Source: the human T2T-CHM13v2.0 reference genome, Homo sapiens
Strand: one strand, 5' to 3'
Assembly: GCF_009914755.1 (NCBI RefSeq)
Contig: NC_060926.1
DNA length: 64,000 bases
Part shown: in pieces, positions 27,418 to 39,983 of the stretch
Numbering within the stretch: the first letter of the stretch is position 1
Layout: every line of letters begins with the position of its first letter
The notes under the pieces: generated by a model
What the model was told of the DNA's origin: nothing
What the model saw: the letters and a program-made list of their open reading frames with translations, nothing else
Databases searched by the model: none
Made by a program: the position numbers and the translations under genes

Positions 27418-27767
27418 TAGTATGATTTGGCTGTCTCCCCGCTCAAATCTCATCTTGAATTTGTATTTGTTGAGGGAGGGATCTGGTGGGAGGTAATTGA
27501 ATCATGGTTCATGATAGTGCTGTTTTCATGATAGTGAATAAGACTCACGAGATCTGATGGTTTTAGAAAGAGGAGTTCCCCTGCACGATTTCTCTTTCTT
27601 TGCCTGCTGCCATCCATGTAAGATATGACTTGCTCCTCCTTGCCTTCCACCATGATTGTGAGGCTTCCCAGCCACGTGGAACTGTAAGTCCAATTAAACC
27701 CCTTTCTTTTGTAAATTGCCCAGTCTCGGGTATGTTTTTATCAGCAGCATGAAAACGGACTAATACG
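27418..27767 (+). mobile_element. THE1C-like MaLR solo LTR
   Basis: 'tttggctgtctcccc..caaatctcatcttgaat...gccatccatgtaagatatgacttgctcc...aaaacggactaatac'; near-TSD AAGAC/AAGAG. Confidence 0.92.
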
Positions 27768-28199
27768 AAGAGCTGGATTGTAAAGTTGTAAGAATAAATG
27801 TCTTGGTTTCTAGAATAGTTCCATTGGTCAAAGGTAAAAATGCCATATGCTTGATCTTTATTATTATACACATCATTCATCCTAATACTGAAAAAAGCCA
27901 AACCAACCTATAGAGAATCTTGATTATATTTGTGGTTGCTATGAAACATCCATATTTACAAAGATATTTTGATGCACACCTCCTCAGATAAAAGCCAGAA
28001 TTCCATTTCCTAGCTTCCTTTATGCATGGATACAAGCATGTGACCTACATTCTACCAATCAGATGCAATAGCACAGTAGTTCAATGTATGTGCTAACACA
28101 TCTGTGACCCCTTTGCCTCTCCACTGCTGTACTGCCTTGTACAAGCTCACTTGAGAGAGTCACTTTCAGAGAGAAGCAAGTTCTCTTCATGCTCCTCGT

Positions 28200-28565
28200 C
28201 TACCACTTCTTATCATCTGCAAGTCTATCACTAGAGTCATAGCCCATCATGTTCTGTGGGGCCAATTACAAATTCAGACTTGAGAGGGGAACATATCCAT
28301 GAGTAAAACCTGGATTATATGTGTGAGTATGGACTCTGAGGGTGTTAGACCAGGGAGGAATATAATTTAGATCACACTGAGGTTATTGATCTGAGTGTAG
28401 TTCCAGAAGGCTTCTGGACAGAATGCCTAACCTCAAGCAAGTGGGCCTACTATACCTTATTTTGGTTAATTAGACTGAGAAAATTAATCTCTTATGGGCT
28501 CCATTAAATGATATTAAGATGCCATAAATTCTTTGGAACAATGAGGAGAATGGATTCATCATGTT
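28200..28565 (+). mobile_element. ERVL gag remnant
   Basis: 'tggactctgagggtgttagaccagggaggaatataatttagatcacactgaggttattgat...aagatgccataaattctttgg' parallels ERVL gag W.LRV.D.GGRNI.LDQAEFID...MP.LPW. Confidence 0.55.
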
Positions 28566-29115
28566 AAAACGGATCTTTCCATACCCCCTACCCACAAGTC
28601 TTCCCTCATAGAGTAAGCTCTGGTTCACTTTTATTTCCGTCACCAATTTCTGTATTCTATATAGGGCCCACCGTTGGCAATCTTCATTTTAGAATGAAAA
28701 AAAAAGTATTTTACATCATAAGAGAGATTTAGACTAGAAGAAAACTACTGGTGTATGTTCCCTTTACATAAAAAGTCTGGAAAATGATAATGATAATGAT
28801 ATGAATCTCATAGTCTTCATAGGGACCTCAAAGCAGCTTCCTTCTCCCAGGCAATTCTACTTCTGTGGAGTGTGTATGTGAGAGGGTGAGTGAAAGTTTA
28901 TGACAGGGTGTAAAATAAAACTATCCTCTATTCTTAACTGTTATACAGAATAGTCATAATTATGCATTTGATTGGCTGTGTATCAGGTTAGCTTTATTTT
29001 ATAGATATGCATCTCAAAACCTATCATGGCAATCAGTCTTTAAACTTTATCAGGTGAACTAATCACCTTATGAGAATCTTAAAAAAATTGAAAGGACTGT
29101 GGCTTTAGTGTAAAT

Positions 29116-31049
29116 CAATGGTTGTCAGGATTCCCTTGCAGTCTTGAAATATTTTGAAGACCCAAAGAGATTTTGTTTATACAGATTTATCTATTTGTAT
29201 TTAACAATTAAAAGTAAAATTCAAAAACAACAAAGCTGGAGGCATCACACAACCTGATTTCAATCTACTGTATACTACAAAGCAATAGTAATTAAAACAG
29301 CATGGTACTGCTGTTTTATAAACATAGGCACATTGACCAATGGAATATAATAGAGAACCCAGAAATAAACCTGTATATGTTCTGTCCATTGATTTTGACA
29401 AAGATGCCAAAGGGGAAAGGACAATCTCTTCAATAATTGGTGTGGGAAAAACTGGATATCCAAATGCAGAAGACTGAAATTGGGCCTTATCATACACAAT
29501 ATGCAAAAAATCAACCCAAAACGGATTAAAGACTTAACATAAAACTTGAACCTTTAAAGCTACTAGAAGAAATCAGGGGAAAAATTACATGACATTGGTC
29601 TGCGCAATAATTTTTTAAATTTGACCCTGAAAGCACAGAGAATGAAAGGAAACCTAGGAAAAATGGATTACATAAAACTAAAAAGATTTGTATAGCAAAG
29701 GAAACAGCAAGGTCAAGAAACAATTTACAAATTGGGAGAAAATATTTTCTAACCACTTACAACTGAATGCAAAATATCTAAGGGACTCAAACAGATGAAT
29801 AGCAAAAAACAACAACAACAAAAACAAAACAAACAAAAAAACCCAACTAAAAGAAGGGCAAAAGACATGAATAGACTTTTCTCAAAAGAAAACATATAAA
29901 TGGCTAACAGATATATTAAAAAGTGTTCCACATCACTAATCATTAGGGAAATGAAAATTGAAACCACAAGATATCACCTCACATCTATCAGAATTAGCTA
30001 TTATTAAAAAGTCAAGTGATAGCGAGTGTTGGTCAGGAGGTGGAGGAAAGGGAATTCTTGTACACTGTTGGTGGGGATTAAATTAGTGCAGCCATTATGG
30101 AAAACTGTATGGAAGTAACTCAAAGAAACAAAAACAAGAATTACCATATGATTCAGCAATCTCACTTTTGGGTATTTACCCAAAAGATTTGAAATAAATA
30201 TGTCAAAGAGATGTCTGCACTCCTATGTTCATTGCAGCTCCATTCACCACAGCCATGTTATAAAATCAACTTCAGTGCCCATCAACAAATGGATACAGAA
30301 AATGTGGTATATATATATATGTAATGAAATAATATTCAGCCTTAAATAAGTTCTGTCATTGTGACAACATGGATGAACCTGGAGGACAGTATGCTAAGTG
30401 AAATAACCTAGGCACGGAAAGACAAATACCACATGTCCTCATTTATAAATGGAATCTAAAACAATCAAATTCAAAGAAGCAGAGAGTAAATTAGTGATTA
30501 CCTGAGGCTGTGGGGTGGACGCAATGTGGAAATGATGGTCATAGGGTACAAAGCCTCAGGCAGAAGAAATAATTTCTTTCTTAGATCTATCGCACAGCAT
30601 GGTGAATATATTTAATAATAGTGTATTATACATTTCAAAACTGCTATGAGAATAAATTTCAAATGCTGTCACCACAACAGATGATACGTATGTGAGGTGA
30701 TAGATACATTAGTTACGTTGATTTAACTATTCCACATTGTATTCAAAATCAACACATAACTTCGTACCTAAGAAATCCATACAACCACAATTTGTCAATA
30801 AAAATAAAGTAAGCTGAGAACTTTTAAAACATGAAACTACAAAAGTGAACATTCCATTAGCTGTCAAAGAGATGATGTCATCACACGTAACTTCTGAAAA
30901 AATCACAGACACTCAGAAAATGAGAGTGAAAAAGTAAAATAATATCTCGATACTATTATGAAAATATTTTTGACCTTGTGGATCCCCAGAAGGATCTCAA
31001 TAAGTCCCAAGAGTTCAGAAGTTCTTGAACCACATGTCGAGAACAACTG
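29116..31049. mobile_element. Charlie1-type hAT MITE split by an L1MA insertion
   Basis: Termini caatggtt.../...gagaacaactg; internal 'cattccattagctgtcaaagagatgatgtcatcacacgt'; 8-bp TSD GTGTAAAT (29108-29115) / GTGTAAGT (31050-31057). Confidence 0.8.
29220..30808 (+). mobile_element. L1MA (MA7-MA9-like) 3' 1.6 kb
   Basis: Begins at 'aacaaagctggaggcatcacac' (ORF2 NKAGGIT); L1MA 3' end 'tgtgaggtgatagatacattag...tttgtcaataaaaataaa'. Confidence 0.9.
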
Positions 31050-31914
31050 GTGTAAGTAATTTTCTTTCTTCTGAACCCAAATATAATTACCATCCAAACT
31101 GCGTATATTAACCTTTAAAGGAGAAGGAATGTATATTTTGATTTCCCTATTAGAATATAGCTCCTAGAGAGCTTATCTTTAAGTTTTTTTCTCTACTGAA
31201 CGATCATACAACCATCCAACAATCCTTGCTTGTTTCCTCCATATGCTGTTTATTATAATATTACCCACTTGTCAATAAAGTAATTATCATATACATTGGG
31301 AACTATTTAACTGATCAATGAATATGTCATTGATACTACCTAGTTGATACATTTTCTTTCTTACAGATATTGTGTATTTTATTTTTTTTAAACATCGAGT
31401 GGTCTTTGACAGGACAACAAAAGCAATGTATAACACAAAAGGTCACTACCCTTCAGTACATTTTTTATTAATCTATTTTCTTTATGAATAAAAATTTTAT
31501 ATGATAGATTTGATGTTTTTAAAAATATAAGCAAATAACACTTTCACTCTAAGTAAAAACATTTGACTTTAAAACAATATTTTAAACCCCCTTTCTCTGA
31601 GCCTTGCCACAGGAACTTTGTTGTATAATTACTTAGCTCTAAATTCAGCTCTCCAAACCATTTTCAGTTACTACTAAAGCCAAGTTTTTGAAAGAGTCAT
31701 TTATCAAAATTACTAAGCTCAGGATGCTGAAATGAATTTATAAAAATTGCTATTATAATTTGGCCTAAATCTATGGCTTTATAACATGCATAGTATATAT
31801 GGGCTTACATTAGTGGAAACATTAACTAAAATCTGGCCTCAAGTTAGAACTTGATGCCATCATAAGTAACTTGAAATAGCTCAAGCTATAGGCTTCTCTA
31901 GGAGATAATTATAA

Positions 31915-32130
31915 TAAAAGCTACTGTATACTGCATAGCTCAGTACCATGTACTAGGAACTATGCCCAGCCCTTTACATCTCTCATTGTAATCCATGCGG
32001 CCATGCCTAGAAGCACCTATCATAATCCCCATTTCATAGGTAATTAAATGGAAGTTCAGAGAAGGTAGGAATCTTGGCAGTCACCTGGATTTCCACCCAG
32101 GTTTGACATGAAAGCTGTGTATTCTAATTC
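31915..32130 (-). mobile_element. MIR
   Basis: 'ataatccccatttcataggtaattaaatggaagttcagagaaggt' is an antisense MIR core. Confidence 0.65.
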
Positions 32131-32149
32131 CTTAATACAAAGAAGTTAA

Positions 32150-32470
32150 GTAATTATATGGATCAGAAGTTTAGTTAGTAGTAGTACCAAATAAAGCTGA
32201 ATTCACAACAAAGATCTGTAGCTCACTTGTGCTACATGTCCATCATGGGTTAGCTGTGGGCTCTCTTCCATGTTTTCCTTACTCAAAAATGCAAGTTAAT
32301 AAGGGTCCATCCCCTCTATTATCAGTTGTTGCTGCAACAGGGAAAGAGGACATGGAGAGTTGTATGCTGGCTGTTAAAGGCATCACCTTTATTCACATTT
32401 TATTTGCCAAGTCAAATGGCTAGGCCTACCTTCAAGAAGGTGAATCCCACTACATGCTGAGAAGAAAACA
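32150..32470 (-). mobile_element. Old MaLR LTR fragment (MLT1K/L-like)
   Basis: 'gctacatgtccatcatgggttagctgtgggctct...attcacattttatttgccaagtcaaatggctaggcctaccttcaag'. Confidence 0.55.
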
Positions 32471-34025
32471 AGTGATAATCAAAGCAGTCTTTTTGAAATT
32501 TTGAGTAAAATACGCTACTTCTCCAAATGTTAGTTCTTTTGACACAACCTGAAATAAAAAATAAAATTGGTTTGGGTTTGTGATCTTTTTTATGAAAATA
32601 GACAATTATACCTGAAATTGTAATCATATTCCTTCTTTAGAAACTTCAAGGGTAACTAGTCATAAAATTCCTGGAAAAATTATGGAAACTTGTTCTTATA
32701 CTTCCGATCCTTTTTAGCAAGATTAAAAATGTGCTTCAATTAGAAGTATAATGTTTATATTATTTCAATGTGACAGTTATGCTATTAGATGTGACATTCT
32801 TAGAGATTACAGCTTGCCTTTTGAAAGAAGCTACCAATTTACTAGTCTGTCAAAGAAATAGCTCACTGAGATTTAAGACATTATATATATTTTTTGTCTC
32901 CTTTCTCAACCCTTAGCCAACATCACTCCCTTCTTGCCCTAGGTTCTTATCAACATTGGAGAGTCAGTATCAGGATAAGTTTGTCATCTGCAAGAAAGAA
33001 GAACCTCAGTATATTCTTAAATTTTTAGTTCATTTAAAAAAAATGAGCAAATAAGTTATTGGGTTTCAAGTGAATAGGTAGGACATTATGGTAGCGTAGA
33101 AAAGTCTAGGGCTTTTTGCCTGGTGATCTGTGTTAAAACCTGTTTCTCTTGTACTTGCAGAGGTGAGACTAGAAAAAAAGGTCTGCTACTCCATTAAATG
33201 ATTATTTTTCAAATTCACAAGCAACTTTGAGGTATACGACATGGAAATGATCTTTTTAAGTGTAACAGAGACGTCTTTCAAGCCATGGCCATCTCATCTA
33301 CTATCATTATGAAAGCCATCATTGGAGCAGGTAGTCAGTATCTAACCACTGAAGCTGACCTGGAGAGTCAGCCCAGGCAAAGCTATCTGTGTCCCATAGA
33401 GATCAAAACATGTATCGGTCCACCATTTTGAAAATCTAATCATACCCTGCCCCACCGGGGAATATTAAATGAATGGATCTATTTCAGCCATTGTAAAAGA
33501 ATAAGTGGAGTCCAACCAAGTAAGCAATCTGTGCTGTGGGAACCTGTTGTCCAACTGTATAAAAACTACTTCCAAAGCCAATATATAGGTGAGTCACTTC
33601 AGGCATTCTGTTAATGGCCTGAAACAAAGTATATGGCAGATACGGAATTTAAATTGTAGAGAAGTTTATATATATGTTAAATATTAGCTGGTATAGTAAT
33701 ATTGTCCCTAAAACTAGTACAGGTACCTCCAAAAATACTTTTATTTTTTAGGTAAAAGATAAAATACATTATAACACTTCCCTTTGTATGAAATAAATAA
33801 TACCCTTATTCATTTCTCCTGGACTAACTGGCTTGAGAGCCAGCAAAACATAAGCAGCTCTCACAGTGCTATCAGACTCAGGAATATCACTGAAGCTACA
33901 AACATCCTGATTCCAGGGTTTCCTTCCTCCTCACTGATGTCTCTTACATTATGATTTTGTTGAAGTCAGTTCTTTTCTACTGGTGACTCTCATGGTTCCA
34001 TGTTCTGCCATAAGGAGACCATGTC

Positions 34026-34315
34026 TTTTTTTTGTGTGTTGGAGTCTTGCCTGTTACCCAGGCTGGTGCAGTGGCATAATCTTGGCTTACTGTAGCCTCC
34101 ACCTCCCAAGTTCAAGTGATTCTCCTGCCTCAGCCTCCTGAGTAGCTGAGACTACAGGTGTACGCCACCACACCCAGCTAACTTTTTTTATTTTAAGTAG
34201 TTACGGGGTTTCGCCATGTTGGCTAGGCCAGTCTTGAACTCCTGACCTCAAGTGATCCACCTTCCTTGGCCTCCCAAAATGTTGGGATTACAGGCGTGAG
34301 CCACTACGCCTAGCC
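34026..34315 (-). mobile_element. AluSz/Sx-like SINE
   Basis: Antisense Alu with 'cctgacctcaagtgatcc'; TSD AG(A/G)C(C/T)ATGTCTTTT at 34016 and 34316. Confidence 0.93.
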
Positions 34316-36775
34316 AGGCTATGTCTTTTAATGCCTATGGAACATTAAAATCAAACATCAATCAAATAAAAACTGTCATCCAGACAACTATTGTACTGCC
34401 ACTTAGATCTCAAACTCCCCATCCTCCCAAAGTGATACAATTTGCTGCCATTTTCATATCCTGGAGAGCAACATCCCTGAAGTGTGTAGAGAGTGACCCC
34501 ACTTTCTCTAGCAATGAATACTACATACTAAATATCCCTAAGTCTTAGGGAAAGTTCCCAGGGGCTATGCTGAGGGCATTAGATGATACCAGTGTTGTAC
34601 TGAAACATCACATCTCCATGCACAAATTCCTCAAACCTTTCCTATATCACGGTGAGTTCTTGCTAACTTGGGACATTCCAGGTCCAGAGATTTAGACATG
34701 TTTGTTGTCTTTTTCATTTAGAATTGATAGTCCGACTGAGACAGAACACATTTATCATTACCATAATCATCATTGCTTTTTCTCCTAGGAGGAGAAAAAT
34801 TTTCTCCACATGTAAGAAAAAAAGCTAGAGACCTGTTCTATGTCAAAGAGTTCTCAAAGTCAGTTATTAAATATATAATTAAATAAAATACACAATAGGC
34901 ATGTATATGGGTATCATGTTTTTGATTTTAATAAAGTCTACCTTTTTCTCACCTATTTTACTGCATGCTTTCAAAAATGCTCCCCACATTCAAGAAAACC
35001 ATCTTCCAATATGTACCTTTAGGCTCTGCCAACCATATTTCTCACTATTCTAAATTAAATGAATATATCATAGCCAGAGACCAATTTTTTTAATGGTGAA
35101 ACACTGGAACTGTTAAGCTTAAACAATTTGCAATGTTATAATTAAGGTAGAGAAAAATGAACAATTATGAAGTGTTAAAAACACAAAGTACTCAATGTAC
35201 CTATTCAAGCTTCCAAGAGCTCCCACCAGCCAAATGAAGCAAGGCAAAATGGAAATGGCAAAAGCTAAATCATAGGTCTATACCCTTTGGGTTCCAATTC
35301 TTGTGTGTTATGTCATTCTAATAATTAGTCTGAATCTAGAGTATAAAGAAAAAGAAAACAGAGTAATACTACTTCATACTTAGCCCTTACCTCCTTCTTT
35401 TCATTCATTTGAGTCTCAAAGAGTCTGAAATACCCGTGTTAGGGAATACTGCCATAAGCTGTTGAGAGCTAATTAAAATTCAAATGCTACTTGGAAATTT
35501 TACAATCTTTTTCTTTAGTTTATCCATAAATGTAAAATATGTGTCTGAAGTAGCTCACTCTCTCTGTGTCTGTCATTCCATCGCACCATGGCTCTGGGGG
35601 CATGCATCATTCTTAGTGAACTATCAGCTTGCAAAGAATAGGAGGCATCAGGATTTCACACTGGCCTCACCTCAAAATCCAATTGCTGGCCTCACACAGC
35701 TCAGTTATTAACTTCACTGGGATGTGTATAATTTATTATTTATACTGACCTATTAGGGCTAATTGTAATCAGGGGTATTTTTGTGTGCCTAAGTGTTAAT
35801 TGCTACCAGTAGCTGAGGTGGTAATTGGATCTGGGAATGAAGTCTAGAACAAACTGTCTTCAGAAATACCCAGAGCTTCAGAGGTAGCGGCTGATTGCTT
35901 TGCAGCCCTCCAGTCTCCTTAGCTCCCGAGGGTTTCAACTGGCTTTGGCCCTTCCACAGTGTGTCAGCAGCTCTCTCACCTGTGACTGGTGCATTGCCTT
36001 TTAGCAGCTTTAAATGGTAGATGCTAATGGCTTTGCAGCCTTGCAGTTCTCCCAGCAGGTTTCCATGCCTTATATTACTTTAAACACAAAGCACTTTGAA
36101 AACATACATAAATTAAGACTATAATTCCATCTCTAGTCTTTGGCATGTACTACTTGTCAACTTTTCAAACAGCAAATGGCTGATATAAAGCATTCCAGCA
36201 GGCTTGGCTCAGAGTATTCCTTCTCTCTGCTTCCCATTTAGGCTCTAGCCCTTCCATCTTTAATCCACCCATTGCTCTCTCCTTATCATATATTAACATC
36301 CTCAATTCTCAGTTCACTTTTCTTTTAGGTTTACATGCTAGCTCCCTCTTTTCTTCTTCTTCTTCTTCCTTTTTTTTTTTTTTTCTGACTCATGGCTTGG
36401 ATGTCAGAGCTGTAACCAGCCACAATTGCAAACTGATGTCTTTTCATTTTACATACATATAGGGAAGAGGGCCAGGACACAGTTTTCTGGGTTAAGGATT
36501 TTGGGATCCTGAGCTCTGTTTTTGTTTTCATATTGTTGAAAGGGTAATGATAAACGTTTCATTGGTAACAAAAGTTTGAGGATCGAGAACTAAGAGAAAT
36601 ACAACAACAACAAAAACCTTGCTTGTCTGAGTATCCTTTGAGCTGATTATTTTCTCACCTGTAGCAGGGCCTATCACTGTAAAGTAAAAGAGTGAGTTTG
36701 GGAGCCCGAGAGAAAATCAGATGAAACTTAGTTCCATGGAAGAGCTTTAGTCACACTGAATATCTCAGATCCTTG

Positions 36776-37006
36776 CCAGCTTGTCCAACCCATGGCCCAC
36801 TGGCCACACGTGGCCCAGGATGGCTTTGAATGCAGCCCAAACAAATTTGTAAACTTTCTTAAAACATTATGTGATTTTTTTGGTGTGATTCTTTTTGTTT
36901 TGTTTGCTCATCAGCTATCATCGGTGATAGTGTATTTTATGAGTGACCCAAGACAATTCTTCTCCTTCCAGTGTGGCCCAGGGAAACCAAAGATTGGACA
37001 CCCCTG
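36776..37006 (-). mobile_element. MER30 hAT MITE
   Basis: 'agcttgtccaaccc...ggcccaggatggctttgaatgcagccc...gctcatcagctatc...agattggacacccctg'. Confidence 0.88.
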
Positions 37007-39159
37007 AAAAGCTCACTCAGTGGGAATTGATAGCTCCCAAGCAGCCAAGGCAGCTAGTAATGACATTTCATTCTGAAGTTCAGAAAAACCTCTATGAGTA
37101 AGCAATAATCTGAATTGCACACATCTCAGATTAAAATTTTTAATTGTATTGTTGCAGTCATATTGTAATATAGTCTTGCATTTAGGGGTCATTCCAATGA
37201 CCACCAAAGACCTTTCAATGGTTCACTAATAATTTACTGAGTTTTGAATACTATCCCACTTAACACTACAAAATAACTAGTTATTTCTAATAAACAGGCC
37301 TGTGAGTGGTAAAACTACTCTTAATCCCATACAAAGTAAACTAAAAAATAAACAGCTTTACACTTTTTGGTTTCTAAAGCAAACCTAATGGAAAGGCCCC
37401 CTACTGCAAGCGTGAAACAGAAGGGAAATATTTTCATGTTCTTCTTAAAGAGAATCTGTTCCTTTCAAGATGAATCCTGAATCTTCCTAAAACCACTGGC
37501 TCTAAACAATGTTAGTTTGCCTGCCTGTCATCTAGCATGCTCTGAACCACACCCTTCTCACTTCATCTATAGCAGGAAGGATTAAGGCATAAGAGGTGTT
37601 TTCATAACCATTCAATATTGCTGGGGCCCTTTGGAAGCACTGTAGCTTCCTTGCCTGGGTGGCAGTGTTTATTCCCCCGACATAAGAGCATTCCCCAATG
37701 AACATCTCAAAATAATAAACATTCTGCTTTGCCATTTTTCCCCCTTCTGTTGGCTGTTTGTTGTTCCTAATTGCTAGCAGTGTTGCCACATAATGAAAAT
37801 AAAAGCGTGTATTAGCAAGTTTCACTTCCATTCTGCAGGGATTTCATTCCACTTTAGTATTTTTTTAGACAATAAGTGAAGCAGACTTTCTGCTACTGCT
37901 GTGGCATTTTTAGTAGAGATTTAAGCATCTATTGAGGAAATAACTTCTAAACTCTTGCAGGATACCAATTTATGTACTTGTAGGTAGAATATTTTCTCAG
38001 CTACCACTCCTAATTTATTTGGCTTTTTCTTTTTCCTCAGAATAAAACCTTGTACATGGTATTATGTAGAGGATGAACACAATTCAAAAATTATGTCAAC
38101 GTTATTGCTTATATAAGACAACACAAATTGCGTTCTTGTATTTTATATTTATAGTTAATTTTAAATCTTCTACATATTTTAATTCTTTCTAGACTGGTAG
38201 TACATTTCATGCAAAAAAGAAAGAAGCACAAATGTTTAATATTTCATTAACATGCTGAGTTTTTAAGGACTGAGGCTTTTGTAATGACTGTTAAACCAAT
38301 CTAACAGTAGTTGGTTAACTGGATTACTTCGAGTAAAAATTTAAAAGGCTGTAAAGCAACTAGCCAGAAGTCTTATTCAACCATGAAATCAGAATTTTCT
38401 CAGCATTTGGTGCTTGGCCATCAATTATTTACGCTAAATTTACTTACCAAGTTCTCAAACCTAGTAGAGAAAATAAATAAAAATATCTAAAAATTAGTTT
38501 TTTTTTTTATTCAAAGCCACAGGATGTCTGCAAACCCTCTCCTTTGGTGTTGCTCTGGAATCATTTGAAAATTCTGAGAATATGGCTCACCTCTTCTTTT
38601 AATTTAACGATGTCAAAAAAAGATTCATTGGTGTTCTCACTTAATTAAAAAGTCCACACTTCTTAGAATTTTGAAGATAGATTAAAAATCTAGTTTCATC
38701 ATTGTTACTATTAGAACACAAACCAAAAACATGCTTAAAAAAAAGCTAGGACCATAAGAGAGACGAAACTGTTTGTTAATGGTCCAATGCAAAACACAGA
38801 AAACAAACAAACAAAAAAACAGAATTAAGATTGATCCAAAGCCAGGACACAAAGTAAGGTAGTGAAATTTGTCTTGGGTGCCCTTTAGTGTCTCTCTTAA
38901 TCACCCGTGTCTGTTCCTGCTCAAAGGTATTCTGGGGTAAGCTTAAAGGGTTTTTTTTTTTTCATGTTTTTGTTTTGTTTTGTTTTGTTTTTAATTTTAG
39001 AAGTTATTCGTTAAACATTAGGACGCCTTTAAACTCAACAGGAATAAATCCCTATTCTGGAGTTTGAGGCTCATAAAAGTAATAGAGGTGAAATTTGCAG
39101 CTGATGGGGCTTCTGGTGGCCCACAAGTCACGTTTCATAGCCATCTTCATATTCTTCTA

Positions 39160-39400
39160 ACGCAGTGACATGAGGAGGCAGCAGGTGTCAGGACGGAGCA
39201 TTAGAAGATTGAGGACTTTTTTCTACCCTCACCAGCTGTGAGAAGTTACAGAGAATAATGCTGTGAACTCTAGCTTTCTCATCTATGTGTTGTTAAGAAC
39301 AATTCACATTCTGCTGACCTCACAGTGTTGTGAAGGTCAGGTTTACAATACACTTTGAAAATTAGAAGGCATTTTAGAAGTATAATGTGCTGTTATTGAA
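39160..39400 (+). mobile_element. MIR/MIR3 fragment
   Basis: 'accagctgtgagaagt...tttctcatctat...ctgacctcacagtgttgtgaaggtc'. Confidence 0.5.
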
Positions 39401-39983
39401 TGGAGCATTTAAAGTTTGTATCCAAACCGTATGTTTTTACACTACATGTCTAATTAAACACGGGGGTTCTCTGTTTATATAAGAAGAAATGCCGTGAATT
39501 TTACCCTCAAAGTCCAGAGAAGGATTTTCCACTGGTCATCATTAACTGTATTAGGTTAACTCCCACTGAGACCCCTACTCTGTTCTTATTCCACTGAATC
39601 TCTGTTGATGATGGCAAGGCACCTCAAGCCTTGATTTTCTGTCTTCATATTTAATGTTGATACTGTTAAGTTCATTACAACAACCATCTGATCAATAGTG
39701 GCTTGAAGAAGCTGAGGATGTGTAGCTTGGAAAAGGGAAGACCAGGAAAATCAGGTAGAAATTATGGCTTGGGAGTTACCAGCTGTTTGAATTCCTACTA
39801 CATAAAGATACTTAACTTATCTATAGTCCCCTCTAACTCACTAAATTGTATGTTCAACTTACAAAGAACATTTTCCTGAGGGCTACATTGACACTGACTG
39901 AAAGGTACCTCTTCAATTTGTAATTGATGATTAGGTATTTGCTTCCATATTTGTTCAAAGTCCCTTTGAAAAAAGCTAATATG

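Noticed and set aside
36768-37014. Missing 8-bp TSD around MER30
   Set aside because: Flank decay or imprecise end assignment is a sufficient explanation
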